Source: Phallusia mammillata
Lineage: Eukaryota
Length of the DNA: 64,000 nucleotides
Assembly (NCBI GenBank): GCA_965637545.1
Contig: OZ281495.1
Coordinates: 24,738,001 to 24,802,000 of the forward strand
Direction of reading: 5' to 3'
Shown in pieces: positions 36,501 to 51,500 of the stretch. A program made the position numbers and the translations under genes. Within the stretch, counting starts at the first letter, position 1. Each line of letters begins with the position of its first letter. Under the pieces are notes generated by a model that did not search any database, had not been told where the DNA came from, and saw nothing but the letters and a program-made list of their open reading frames with translations.

Positions 36501-39500
36501 ACCGACTTGTAATCAAGTCCTAAATGAGAGCCCGAACCCGAAAGTATAAGCCCGTAGTCCGACCCGATTTTAATCGTTTTTTAAAAGACTGTTTAGGCGA
36601 GGAAGTTTCATTGGCGTGGCTACATGAAAGCCTACAAAAAGTATAGCTGTACAGAATAGTGATAACATACACAATGGATTATAATAGATAATGGCTTAAA
36701 CACGACCTTTTAGGGCTGTTGGTCATTAGGTTATACCCAGCAACCAGCTACTTAACTGAGGAATTTTTATTTTCCAAATTATGGACACAGAATGTGAAGT
36801 CAGACCCGAATCAAGTTTAACTTTATATGTTCTAGCAAATAAGACGCTTAAAAATAACGTTTAATATACACGTGAAGATAGAATAGTATGTTGCTTTATG
36901 AAAACTTTATGGCAATAGATTTAAGTTCAGAAAATATTACTGCATTTGTCCTCCGCTAAATCCGCTTTTCCAACACCTTTATTTTTTAAATAAGTTACTG
37001 ACGATGTTGCTAAATTCAAATAGGGTCAGAAATGAAAAAATCGAAATAGGGTCAAAAACTAAAAAAGCCTTCAAAACTTGAATCTTTAAGATGATGTAAT
37101 TTTTTACCTGTGGCATCTAGAAAATCAACTTTTACGTTTGTTTTGCGCGCAGGCGGTCAGTCCCACCTGTGAATTTCGAAGTTTTGGAGCAAGGTGATTT
37201 GATGCTTTCATCAGATGTGAGATTGATAGGAAACGAAGACATCCCCATGATATTACGTGGTCGCTTGCTTAAGGTTCTTAACCTTACTTTGCCTGAAGGA
37301 AAACATCTCCTGCTTGGCGAAAATGCGCAAATAATCCCGGAATACGACATCGTAACTGCAACTGGTAAGTAATGTTAAGTTTTCTAGTTGTAACCTAAAA
37401 AACATCTTAGGCTTGCCTGCAAAAAATTACATTTTAAAGTGGAAGAGGTTTTGCTCTCTTGGAACGCTCTTTAGAAGAAACTGATAGATTTGAGATTCTA
37501 TTTCAATAAGGAAACTGACTTTATGTTTCTAATTATAACCAATTGGTTTAAACACCCGAAGATATGTGAAAGTTAAAAAGGACAAAAAATTTTTAATGTA
37601 AAATCTTTTTCTATCCATTACAGTAGAAGTTCTTAACCGTTTTAAACACATTACACTTTTACGCTAATCTCCAGCTATGCCGAAACCCTCTCTAACCCAT
37701 TTTTCACCAATTTAAGAAAGCTTTTCGTATTTCATTTCACTGTAAACCGTAGAACGGAATACGATTTATTAATTTTGAATTCAATTTTGACCAAAAAACA
37801 TATTACTAATTCAATGAGCATTTTCACAGGATATAGATTTAGTCTGGACGTTCTGACGATGGAAGCCTCTTCTGTGGTTGACTACGATTCAAACGAACCT
37901 CTCCGTTTGGAGCTCGGCACACTGACGATGAGATACGGAGCTCACATGAATGCCGACACTCTCTTTATCACAGCATTTAATATCGACATGGAAGGAGGTT
38001 CTTACCTTGATGTGACGGGACTTGGACCAACTGCAGGACAAGTAAGTTTGAATGTGGATACTAACAAGTTGGCCAAGCGCTAGTACTTTGTAATGACAAA
38101 GATGTTGGTTCCAATTTTATCTCGGTCGCTTGTGTTTCACTGAGCAAGAAACTTAAGCGCCATTTGCAGGCATCTCGACGACGCACGCATTGTGAGCATA
38201 ATTGACCGCCCACTCAGGATAAAAATGAAACAAAAAAACAATTTAGAGACGCCAAATTACTTTTGCATTGTTAGACGTTGGCCCTACAGTATCTAGTCCT
38301 TTTCAATCCTGTTAAATACATGATTTACGGAACCGAAGATTTTAACGTAGTTTAAAAACGTGGTTTACTTTTTCGTCTGTTTTCGCAACAAATACCTTTC
38401 CAAATACTTCACACTTTCGATTTAGTATCGTTTAGAAGCATTTTAGTTGCCTAATATCCAACTCAAATCTCTTGCGGGATTGTATCATACTAACACGAAA
38501 TCCAAATCTTTGGCAAATAAGCAAATCCTAGGATAGCCATATTTTGAATTGAGTTGAGTTTATATTATTATATTAGACGTTTAAGTGGACTCGAAATTGG
38601 GACCTGAACTCGATCTTTTTAAAACATAAAGCCTGAAATAGGCCCGAAAGTTTCAGCCCGTTAAATTCAAGCCTCAACCCGAACCAAAAAGCCTGACCCG
38701 ATATATAACTGTTATACAGCATAGCTTAAATCTCTTTATTGTAAAGTCATTCCAATTTATTTCCAGGGACCTGGTGCAGCAACCGAATCTGGTCATGGCG
38801 CTGGACACGGTGGTCTCGGTGGAGGAAACGACAATAACAATGTCACATCTGGAAGTGCTGCTGCTTATGGTTCCTTCGTTACTCCGGAACATTCTGGAAG
38901 CGGTGGGTCAGGAAACCAGGTATACCAAGTCTTTATCAAACTCCTAGATATCCTCAGACTTTTTGGATTAGTTCTTTTACCAAATCTGGTTCATAAAATG
39001 TATGGCCAATCTAAATTAAAATCAAATTGTTTTGGGACTGTGTGCAAAAGTAAAAGAATTAAAAAGAAGCAGAAAGGTGAAAGGTCCTAACATTGGTTTT
39101 GTTTGTAGGGTGGTCGTGGTGGAAGTCGAATTCGCATCGATGTAACGCACACTCTACATTTGGACGGATGGTTGAAAGCGGATGGTGGCAATGCTGGTTC
39201 TGGTTCCAACGATGGTGGTGGATCTGGTGGTTCAGTCTACATCACAACAGGTAAATACTTTCCGCTGCTATGTTATTTTACTGGCTGCATGAAGCTTGTT
39301 TCTACACTTCAACAAGTTATAAAAAACATAAAACTTTGCTCTAAGGTCTAAGCGACCAAGGTTTTTTTTGTGGGCAAAAACTGACGTTGTTTTGTATTGG
39401 TTTTAGGTTCATTCACTGGACACGGATATCTGACAGTGAATGGTGGAAATGGTGCGGGTACAGGAGGCGGCGGAGCTGGTGGAAGAGCTGCTGTCAAATC

Positions 39501-42500
39501 CAAAGTCTCGACTAGATTCAGCGGAATTTACAGGTACTTGTCTCAAATTAGAGACTGCACTTTTAAACCTAAAAGGAAACAAAATACCTTTATGGGTTTA
39601 TTAATTGTTACAAACCACCTAAAACGTGAAATATTATCTTGTGCGTTTAGCGCTATTGGTGGAAGCGGAGCTGATGTTTCGACACATGGTGGCGCTGGAA
39701 CGATTTTCCATATCGGTGAAAGCATGGAGCTCTTTGACGGACGACAGCAGGTAAAAACCCTCACTGCATTACCAGTACTTAACCTTAACCTCATCCTATC
39801 ATGAATCTTTACTTTACAGTCGTCTGCTGACAGTGGCGGATTTTATGGCAACTTGCTTGTAGACAACCATGAAAGGAAATCAGTGGCTCCCACTGTTTTA
39901 ATGTTGGAGGGCGACGCAGCCTCTGCGCGTCTATCAGAGCTTCAGATTTACAACAGCACTCGAGTCGTGTTCGAGGGCACCGACACAGTTGTAACAGTGG
40001 ACGGGTAAATAACCATTGTGAACTGTATGTTGACTGTATGCGTTTGTAATTATTTTATCTCAATCGAATGCATGTTTGAAATTGACTTGTAGATTATACC
40101 AGCGAGGTAGGAAACCTATGACTTGCGAGTGTCGGACTCAAATCTTAGTTTGCAACCCAAGAAGTGATAAATGTTTTGCTTTTTAATCGTAGTGTTGAAA
40201 TTTCCTTCCCGTGTATTTTAATCATTTAAGCGTTTTAAACCATATTTATTTGTATGCGAAGTTAAAAACATAATCTATGACTTTCAAGAAAATACATTTT
40301 AAAATATGTGACTTATTTGGCTGTTTCGGCTAATAAGGTTCCAGACCCCTGCTGCGTACAGTACAAACGTATATTTTTGGGTCAAAAAAAATATTTGTGA
40401 CATTTAACGCGAAGAGCTGGTGATTTTTTAGGATGTTCGTTACCAGACCACCATTCTGAGTCTATTGTTCTTGAGATGATTTAACCACGGCATGTTTTGC
40501 TTTACAGCTTTGCTGGCGATCGTACTGGTCAAATTCATCTCCGCTACTTCCAGAAAATGCATGCTGAGTCAACTGGACTCGCTTACGGGTTCACTGTCGC
40601 TCCTGTTGCATACTGGGTAAGGACTGTGCAGTTCGTAAAAAAAAATGCCAGGTCATTGAGCTGAAACAGTGTAGCAGACAAATGGTCCTTCAAATCTAAA
40701 TTTTAGTATTAAATAGACAGTAAATTAAAGGTCACCGCGTTATAAATGTACAAACGCATATCGATAGAACAAGCGCAGTAGAGTAGGACCTTCGCTTACA
40801 AGTGCGTTTTTTCTTCGACTTACGACAGGTTGATAAGGACGCAGAACTGGTTCTTCCCACACGAACCGTGTTCCTCGGTACAACAACCAGAATCGAGGGT
40901 TTGCTGAGTGGAGCGAAGCGCGTACAACTCGCTAATGGAGCCAACTCTGTATTCACATCTACTGCAAGGTAAATAGGCAATAATAATAAAAAACCTTTAT
41001 TTGAGTTTGAAGGGTTTGTAAAAAAACAACGATATTATGTGGCCTATGTCAGTGATTCTCAACCGGTTTTCCGCGGAACACCACTTTTTCGTAAAAGATC
41101 GTCAGGTGTTTTGCAAGAAATTTATTACTTTGACTAGCGTTCTTTGGAATACCGGTCGAAAATCACTGGTTTAACGCAATGGGCGTAAATAGCTTTATTT
41201 TTATGAAAGTAATTGTCCACTATTACCAATGTGAATGTTCCAGTGGTAGAGGCTTCCTTTATTATTGTGTAATAGTGTAATTCCATAAGAATGTAATTGC
41301 ATGGGCATGTTGCTATACAGCTTGTGTGCAAACTTATATTTTATTGCATCACTTTTGTTAAGGTTGAAAAGAAGAAAAAAACACTGTTTGATGTAAAAGT
41401 TACAGTCTTTAATTTTAATTGTTCTGCTACAGAACTGGAATATGTGTGGACGGCGTGACGGTTTCTGCAACAGAACCTGGCAACCTTACGTTTTCTAGCA
41501 TTGAAATACACAGGTAACCTATCAAAACTAAATCTCCAAATCTCAACACATCTAACACATTACCCGTTCCGTCACACAGATCTTCGGAAGTAAAAATTGA
41601 AGAAACAAGCGAATCCCTAACCCTGAGCGTCGGTGATTTGCGTCTCAACTACCAATCTCTTTTGTTAATGAACAAGGGAACTGTGGTCACTGACAAGGCA
41701 GACCTGGAAAGCCAAGGTGTCTTAAGCATGGTTGGAACTGGATACAACGCCGAAAAAGGGTACGGCAATGGCAGGACCGTCGACGGCGTAGGGTAAGTGT
41801 GAAGTTTGTATGTAAGACTTGCTCCCATATAAGGAGTAATGTTGATTTGGTGACTGTAGGTTGGGAGCGGGCCATGGTGGTTACGGTGGTTCACTGGAAA
41901 AAGACGAAAAAGGTGGAGACGCTTATGGGTCCCTGTACGCTCCCAGTCATCTCGGAAGCGGAGGCGGAAACGGAAATGTAAGTATATGTTGTAGTTTAAC
42001 CTGCTAACACTACATCAGTTTATAAGCTCTGAAAGGAGAATTACTTAAAATATATCTTTCCCGGGCTTGTGACTCGACTTTGGTGGAGCGCAAGTCCCGG
42101 AAAGACAACCGTCGTGGGTTCCAATCCCTCCGCCTGTGCCTTGCCATGTGGGAAAGCTTGGAGACCGGCCTGATTTGGTATAATGCCTTTAATGGGCCTG
42201 GCGTACTATGACTTAAAATTTATGTTTTGTTTTTAATTCATTAAAACTTGAACTGCTGGAGTTTTAATTAATTCAAAACGTATTTGAATTAATAGTAGAC
42301 AGCACTGAAATCCACTTTGTTCAGGAAATCTGGAGTTCAACGTTTAACTTTCATGCTTTCAGGGAGTCGGAGGCAGCGGTGGTGGCGTACTACTGTGGCT
42401 GAACGGCGAAGATTTCTTCCTAGACGGTTTAATTGACGTGTCCGGTTCAAATGGTGAAGGAGGAAATGCTGGAGGTGGAAGTGGAGGTTCTGTTATTATT

Positions 42501-45500
42501 CGCTCTCTCAACTTCTCCGGTCAGTTCAAAAATTAAGATTTGGTGGCTGTTTTTAACAAAAGTGCAATTACAAATGGTGTGATGTCTTGAATTTTTTATC
42601 TTAGGTCATGGTGAGGTTCGCGTAAATGGAGGCAATGGGGTCAATCAAGGTCACGGAGGTTCGGGAGGAAGACTTGCCGTTCGCGCAAAATGGAAGTACG
42701 ATTTCCCTGGTAAGAAAATTATTCTCTTCACCAAATACGTATCTTATTCGATTTAGTTAAGTGTCCCTACTAAAAAAGTAAAAAAAAACGATCGTTCTCC
42801 TTCCTATGCAAAAATATAGCCACTGGAATCCGCTTTAATCATTTACTTTTTGGTTTCAGGTTATTTGCGTTCGGTCGGAGGCAGTGGGCAAATTCCTGGT
42901 GCCGCTGGGACCTCGTACGTTGAAGAAACAGCTCGTGGACCGCAGTATGCGCAGATGAAATACGAACAAGCAGGAGCTACTGTGCCTCACGTCTACGCCA
43001 ATCATACACTAGTGATCGTAGATGCTGAAGACACACACGAATTCTTGCATCAGGACAAGTTAGTTTTCAACCTAATCATAGTCGTATTATGTTAACCTGA
43101 TTTATTGCCTTGTTCAAATAGAATCATAAACAGACGATTAATAAACATAATCGTATAACATATAATGCAATAATTGATTTCGAAACACATTCAGAATAAA
43201 TATTAAGTCAACTACATCTGTGCTTTAACTGTTGAACAGACTAAGCTAGGTCAAGCGAGTTGCTCCTTAGTACTTGTCACTTGGACAAAATTAGTCATGC
43301 ATGGAACTTAGTCAAGCATAAATAAATGAAAAACTATTAAAATCGATACGACATCTAGCACAGGAACTCACACTAGACAGGTTTGCTAAATTCCGGTAGA
43401 TGGCGCACGCAAATGTTTTAAATATAATTTGTGTAAAAAATGCTGAAGGGTAAGACTATTAGGGGTGGTCTGTGGTTTTGTAATAAATAATCATAATAAT
43501 AATAATAACGATAAAATCAAACAAAAAAAAAAATTTTTTTTTTCTGTTAAATTTAGCCCCTGGCCCTATCCCAGTCTCCCTTTTAATTTTAAATAACTTC
43601 CATTTATCGGTATTTAGCAAGCTTTTTCAGTGTGAGTTCTTGAGTTAGTAGCTCTACCAAATCAACTTGAGACAAATTGAAAAATGTTTTGCTAATGTGC
43701 CATATCCGTTTTAATGAATTCACTGCAGGTACGCTGAGCCTTGGATGTACACAATGATTCAAGGTGGTTTAAGAGAAGAAGACGAACGGGAAAACGACGA
43801 TTACGAGTTCAGTGAAGCGAGATTCACTCGACACGCCAACGTGAGATTTTTCCATCAGTCTCATGACGGTTTGGGCCAAGACTCGTCCAGGTAAAATAAA
43901 CTATCAGAATTATTTGTAAACTATTTATTTTATTGCCTTAAATGGAATTGTGAAATCGATACAATCATAAAATATATTTACACATCATATATATAGTAGA
44001 TGCAGAAACACGTTAAAGTAAACATAAAGTTAACTTGGGGCGGGAACTGGGCCGAATGGCCTGGCGCGCCTGACCCATATTTCGTCCTCGGGAGTGTCCT
44101 GGGATCGAACCCCGTGAACGACAAAGGGCAATTTTCAGTTCTCGGACTGTCGCCTGATTGTCGAAAAATACAATAAAAAAAACTGCAAACTGCAACTAAA
44201 CAGACTAATTGCAAGGTCATACAGGTTGCCATATGGCCAAAACCAGCCAACCAAAAACCAGAGAACATTAGTCAGGCATAAATGAAAACAGCTGTTACGC
44301 TTAGCTGGGGACAAATTTAATAATACGTGTAGTGCAGTTTCATTTTCATTGTCAGTTTATCAAATTGTCGTTGATAAACGGTTTAGTAAAAAAAGCAAGG
44401 ACACCAAAACAACCATGGGTTATCGAGTTAAGTGCCTTGTTCTTTAAAAACCTATTAAATGCAACAGATTATGAAACCAGTGAAAAAACATACGTGTGCA
44501 CTTGTAGTATAATTGTAATTGTTTCTGACTGCATTTAAATAAACGCTTTATTAATTAATTTTATATTGTTTTGCAGCGACAAGACAGTTGCCATAGTCCA
44601 CAAATTCTTGGGCGATCGCACGGGTAAAGTTCATCTGAGATGCAACCAGACTCTCTTCGTCGAATATTTGAGAAACACCGCTAATGAGTCAGCTGCTCCC
44701 TGCAGTTACAGGTGAGGTCAAAACAACCATCAAGATTTAAGTTGCATCGTTATGCGTTATGCGAGATTTTATTTTATTGGTCCAGTTTCGAAATTAATTT
44801 GTTTTAGTGAAACCCTAACGCAGTATGGATTTATTTCTTTTGAATACGTGTTAAACTTTGCTTTAGAATTCGTATTTAACGTTCGTGACCATACAACACT
44901 TACATACAAATGATTATTTAACTAAAAACACAAAACGTAAAATAGTAAAGAAACATAATTAAGTTGTTGTCTGAATAATGTTCAGTTTATTAGTAGCTCA
45001 GGCATGTTTTCTAAATGTACAAAATCACTCAGGTATCTTACAAAAAAGATGCGATGCAAACAGTGGCGTATCCAAGGGGGGGGTTTTGGGGGTCCGGACC
45101 CCCCCCCTTTTCAAAAAGTTGTGCGTAAATTAAATAGGCCAAAATCGTTCCGTTTACCACTGCGTGATAACAGGGAGTCGTTATCTCAAAGACGTGAGCC
45201 TTCAATCTCTTGTATTCGCTTGTTATCTAATCGCCAATTGTGACGTAACAAGGGTTTAATAAGGAGGTTTATGCGCTAACAATCGGAAAGTTACGTTCCG
45301 GCTAGGACGCTGATACCAGTTTCTTGCTAAATGGTAACTGCACTAAGTGCAACATATCAAACTGTTTTTGCATTTGAACAATGTAAAAGTGTTAAAAACG
45401 TGTAATGTTGTGTTGCTTTGATCCGCCAAACACGTAATAGTTTGTCAAAAACATTAGATCGATGTAAATCGAGTTATGTTATTAGGGTAATTTGTTACTT

Positions 45501-48500
45501 GCCAGGCACAATTTATGCCTTCTGCAGTTACCACCTTTAGTGCATTCGTGACTTTGCGCAACTTAACAGTAGGATTACCGCTTCAGCAAGAGATTTAGTT
45601 CTTTAGAAATTGGACCCTGTTTTTTTAAGCAACGATTTTGATTACCTGACAGTCACGCTTATTTTGCAGTTGCAGTTTGTCTGAGTAAGCTAGATAGCAG
45701 CGGCGAAATCAGAAAACTACAAAGCTTTCGCTAAAATTACCTGTTCTTCCTGTCAATTAGATGGGTAGAGAAACCGCCAATTTTGGAAAAAGTGCTTTGC
45801 CGCATAATGCGTCGTTTTGAACGACGTGTGACATCATAATGACGTCATTGGGGATTTCCCCCAAAAAAATTGTTGGACCCCCCCCCTTTAAAAATTTCTG
45901 GATACGCCCCTGGATGCAAATAAACATAAATGAAATATCTGGAAAATCTGCAACAAGTTTCAAATTTTTCCAGGGTTGATGTCGGTGCTGAACTGATTAT
46001 GCCAACAAAGTCGGTATTGGTCGGCACACGATCGTGGATTGCTGGGATGTTGGTGGGTGTGGAAGATCTGAAGATCGGTAACGGTGGTGATGTTGTCTTC
46101 CTAACAACTGCACAAACCGCTCTTATCGAAAACGGAATCAAGGTAAAGTATTTTGTTACATTTTTAACTATTTTTGTTAGTTTGAATGTTTTTTCAGTAA
46201 CAATAGCAACTATATACTGAAGAGTCTAGCAAATTGCATACCTGTTGATCGCATAATTTTTTTAATTGCTTGGGAGTGATAAACCTCAACCGCACCCATT
46301 TCTGATTGTCCAAAACTTCTTGGCAAATTGGTTATGTGATTTACCGCATTTGTAAGTAGTTAGATATGTATTTTGGCATTAAATAGACTGGATAACTATT
46401 GTGCTAGGAATTGTAAACGTTTTCCTTGTTTGAGCATATTGTCGTAATCTTCTTTGCTCGGCCAAACACTTTTCGGTCAATCTGACGTCACACATATATG
46501 ACGTAGCAAACTGTTTGGCGAGTTTTTATTCTTGAAAGCTTTAATGTTACAAACATTTCTAAAAAATACGTTTGTAAAACGAATTTCTTCAGTCGCAAAA
46601 TGAAATCGTTTATTCAATATTTATTGCATCAAGGTAACATATACTGCAAACGCTATAATTTTATTACTTTAATAGCACCAAATTACCGATCCTGGCACAT
46701 TCATGTTCGGTTCGTTGGTTGTGATGAGAAACGGTCAAATCGAGTTTAATAAGATCGAGAAACCTGTGGAAATTGATAGCGGATTGCTTAAGGTACAATA
46801 CCAAGGAAATATGTTCCTGCATCACGCTTACATCACTTCTGGTTATGGTGTCGTCGAAAGTGAAGGTAAGTTCGTTTAAAGTTGTTGCCGATAAACATGT
46901 GCAAAAATATTTTGTTGCGTTAGTGTTAAAAGTTGGCTGGGCGGTGGACCGTCAAATGTCTGGTTTTTTATGTGGTTTATGTACGTTTTGTGATCCCCAC
47001 TAGGTAGTACATCATGTAGCAAGTCACCTGTGTACAAATACTTGAGCAGGTTGGTTTGGGTTCTATGACGCATATTTACATTTTAAATCTGATCGCGATC
47101 TACACCTATTAACGTTCTGTGTCCAAACCAGACGATGCAAAAAAAAATGGCCCAGCCCTTAAATTACTATTCTGTTGCAAATTTAATACTTTAAAAAATG
47201 GTTCAGAAATGGCACTATTTTTTGTGAAAACGCAGCACCTTCGTACAAAAATATTATTGTAAAAGAATTATTAACCCAATTGATAATAAGCTACAGACAC
47301 TGCACACTGTTTCGGTCAATAACGTCTCATCAGTGCAGCTAGTGACAAGATGATTGTGTTTTAGGTGTTCTGCACATGGACAGTGCTGGTTACCATGCTG
47401 GGGAAGGTCCAGGTGCTGGAAAGATAGTAGGCGATGTTGGGACTGGTGGAGGACACGGAGGTGTTGGTGGTGCTCCTGAAAGCGAAACTGGTGGCAACGC
47501 TTACGACTCTGTGTACAAACCTGCTGAAGCTGGCAGCGGTGGAGGCAACGCAGGTTTGTGATTGTAGATGTTGGTGTTTTGACAAATATTTTTTTGTTTA
47601 AACCGATGTTTCGTAGCCTGAGTTTTTTTTTAGTCTTACCCTTTTTAATTGAGTTTTCCTTTTTTGTGCCTAATTTCGTTTTGACAAATTAAATTTATTT
47701 GTTTTAGGTTGAAACCGATCTAGAATTTAGGCTTGAAACTCAATGGAATTTGTTGTTTTAAATTGTTCTATCTATTGCCTATGCAGTGTTTTTTTAATTT
47801 CCATTTGTTATTTCGTGCTTTTTTTCAGACTGCCTTTTACAAATGAGTGTTTTTTTTGCCTGGGTAATTTTTCTTCTTTTGATTAGCCGATAATTATTTA
47901 CTCATGACTTGGTTTACACTTACAGACTACAACTTTAAATTGACCTTACAATGCTAAACAAGTATGGAATTGGCCCTTTTTATCTTTCAACCGAATATGT
48001 TTGCACCAAATTTAGTGGTCAATTTTTGTGTCGTACAGGTTCGGTGAAGGGAGGTTCCGGTGGAGGATATCTTCACTGGAAGTTAGGAAAATTGTTGGAG
48101 ATGAACGGACTTCTTTCAGCTTGTGGAGCGAACGCTACTGGGTCAAACGCTGGTGGTGGTTCCGGTGGTTCAATCCTTATACAATCGACCAACGTTACTG
48201 GACATGGTAAGATCATTTTAACTGGTACACTGTGTGTGGTACTGAATACAAGGTAATGAGTAGCAGAGTAGGCCCCAAATGGACATTTTTTTGTTTAACC
48301 ACCAAGCTTCTTAAAATGTATGATAAGGTGTTTATTAGTTGACCTTATTACCGACTATTCGGCGACTTTTAACTCATTTAGTTTATCAAGTTGTCCAGTC
48401 CGAAACCCGGTCCGACATGACAATATTTGAAACATAGACCAAAATAAGCCCAAAATTTAGTGAAATTGCGACACAAAGTGTGAAGTCTAGCCAAAGTTAC

Positions 48501-51500
48501 CCCGAACCTGACCCCAAAAACCCTGACCGACTTAAAATTGTGATTTGCAATGTTAAGTTTCCAAAACATCACAAAAACCAAAACAAGGTGAACATATTGA
48601 TTTTATTTTTAGGTGAGTTCAGCGTTCGAGGAGGTAACGGAGGTTCGGACCGCGGAGGAGCCGGAGCAGGAGGAAGAATTGCGATCCTCTGCACGTGGAG
48701 ATATCAGTACGGAGGAGCGTACACTGATGCGGGAGGACTCGGCGGCGGAAACTCACTCACTGGAAAATATGCTTTGAAACATGGCGCTGCAGCAGGTAAC
48801 CAACCAATAAAGGCTGATTGATAAGCAAAACCTTACAGTAATGTACGCGATAACGGAAAAAAGTGATGGTGCATTTTCTTCTACTCTATTTACATAAACT
48901 ATACTTGCCTAAAATCGCTATCCGTTTGCAGCCTAAGGCTGTACGTTTTTTGACACCATTTTAGGTTTTGAAATAAACATTAATTCATAACTGGGCGTGT
49001 GTCCTGAAAAGAATCCCACCGCAGGCTAGATTTTCTAGCCTGTGCCTCGCCATATGGGAATGCTTAGTGACCGCGGTTGATTCGTTATGACGCCTTTAAT
49101 AGGCCTTGGCGTACAATGACTTATTTTAAGTTTCAATTATAGATCGTTAAGGAATTTACCACAAGTGAGTGTACGTTACCTGCTTTTGTCAATAAATAAG
49201 GAAACAAACAGTAACCAACATCTTAAACAAAACATGCATACACGTGTGTGTTGTACAGGCACGGCTTATGTGGAGGAGAATCTGCGTCCACCGCAATATC
49301 GTCATCTCAAGTACAACCCCGAGCAAAACACGACCTACCTGGCTGTGGATCACACATACGTACATGTTGATAATGAAGGTCGTGACGTACCACCTCCAAG
49401 CGTCATCATGGAGGAAGGAACACGTCACTATGAGTTCGATGAAGCGGAACTGACCGGTCACGCTCGACTGATATTCTACCATCCGGATTCTGAAGCTCAT
49501 AAGCAGGTTGGTTAAAAATCAAGTTGTAATATCCACGTTTTCAACAGTAGTGCAGAATAATAAGCTGTTGCATTTGATACATTAAACAAGGGGTGCCCAA
49601 ACTTTCTTAATGGGGATCAATTTTTATCAGGTAAAATTTTTATCGCCCACTGGCCGAAGTTTCAACGGTAGATTTAGAACACGAATATACGGGATTTAAG
49701 GAAATTGTAGGATTTTGTTGCTTCGGCACCATGTATACTTCCTTTTTGTCGGTAAAGTTCCATGAAGTTTTTGCGCGATTGTTTGCAACCCAAAAACCTA
49801 ATCGAAACTATGGCGGGCCATATGCAACACAAATTGAAACCACAGCTGCGGGCCACAGTTTAGGCCCATAACGGGAACATGGAACCAACTTTTTTTATAA
49901 AACCCGAAACATGCCAGAACGTTGGTAAAAATGCGACACAAATCATGCCAAGTGTAAAGACAAGCCCGAACCAAGTCCATTTTATTGAAACTCGTGCCCG
50001 AACCTGACGCGATTTACAACTCTGTGGCCATGTTCTGTATGTATTAATTCAAAAATATGTACTCTTATTAAATTTATTTATGGAGCAGAATGCAACACAC
50101 AGCAACGGAACAGCTGAGGAACTTGACATCAGTGTAACAGTGGAGATTCACAAATTTATTGGAGATCGAACCGGTTTACTTCACATGTTCGGTGGACAGC
50201 GGGTGTTTGTGGAATATACACCGTCATCTTGGACCAAAACCATCGCACCGTGCAGTTTCCTGATTGAAGCAGGATCCGAAATTATCTTCCCCCAAGAGGT
50301 TGATATTTTTACAGAAGTTTTTCTATTTTAAAACATTCTGTTTTAAGGTGTTTTGTATTTTTAACGATTGTGCATAGAAAAACTTTGGAGTTTGCAAGTT
50401 GAGGAACTGAAATATTGCTGTAAGTTAGTTTAATTTGTTTGTTTGTTTTCAAACGAACAAAAATACAAAAACAGGTTATTTCGATATCACACTTATCACA
50501 ATCGGCTTGAACGTTTATGTCGATGAATGCTGTTTTCTTGTAGACTTTAGTTTTATAAGTGTGTCTTTATTTGTGTTCAATAGGGGCGCAATTATTTGCG
50601 TTGTTACAGTCAGATATGTTACTGTGGTAAACGATGGTTTATTAACTACTTTTCTGTAAACAACGAGATAACCACAATAATTGTCAAGAAGAAACATGTG
50701 TTTATACAAACAGCATAGAAATGAATAAAAGGGTAATTTTTGACGTTACAGATATACAGCAACTTCGGTTTTTACCATTTTTTTCCTTACTTAATTATAT
50801 ACAAATGATAGTGCATCAGGCCGATTGAAGGCGTCATACCGGCCGGTCATCATGTATTCCTTCCATATGTTGGAATGCATGGTGGTCAGTCGGTATGACG
50901 CCTTCAATGGGCCTGATGAGAAAAAATACTAGAAAAATTTATCCTGCGGTGCGATACTACCCACGACAGGAGTTTTTCCGGGACTCGCACTCTACCAACT
51001 GAGCTACGCAGTGGAGAATCCGCTGAAACTCGATGTTTGATTTTGACCTGGACGAGTACAAATTGCTATCATGTAATCCAAATTATTATTGCTTTTATGT
51101 CTCATAGACACACTTGGAGGGAGTTCGAAGCACTTTTGCCGGTCGCATCACAGGCATCCACAAGCTCTTTGTTTCTCGTGGCGGCGACGTTGTTTTCATT
51201 TCAACCTCGAACACCGCGATTCCGCAAGATGGCAGCAACGCGACGAAGGTTTCATATAGTCACATGACCAACCCCGGCAACTTTTCGTTCAGCTGGTTTT
51301 ACGTGAAAACTGGTGGAACTGTCGAGTTCACTCAAATCGTCAATTTCATGCTGCTCATGTCAACTGATGTAAAGGTCAGAAAATTATTATTTCAACTTTT
51401 TTTAGGATTTGTGTCACCCCGTTTAGGAAAATTAGTTTAAAAAACAGTATTTGTTTTTTGAGAGGATGAATTTTTTGAGCATTATTTCTAATAAAACGTA

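Noticed and set aside
38095-38185. CORE-like SINE fragment (tgtgtttcactgagcaagaaacttaag)
   Set aside because: Too short and degenerate to call without alignment.
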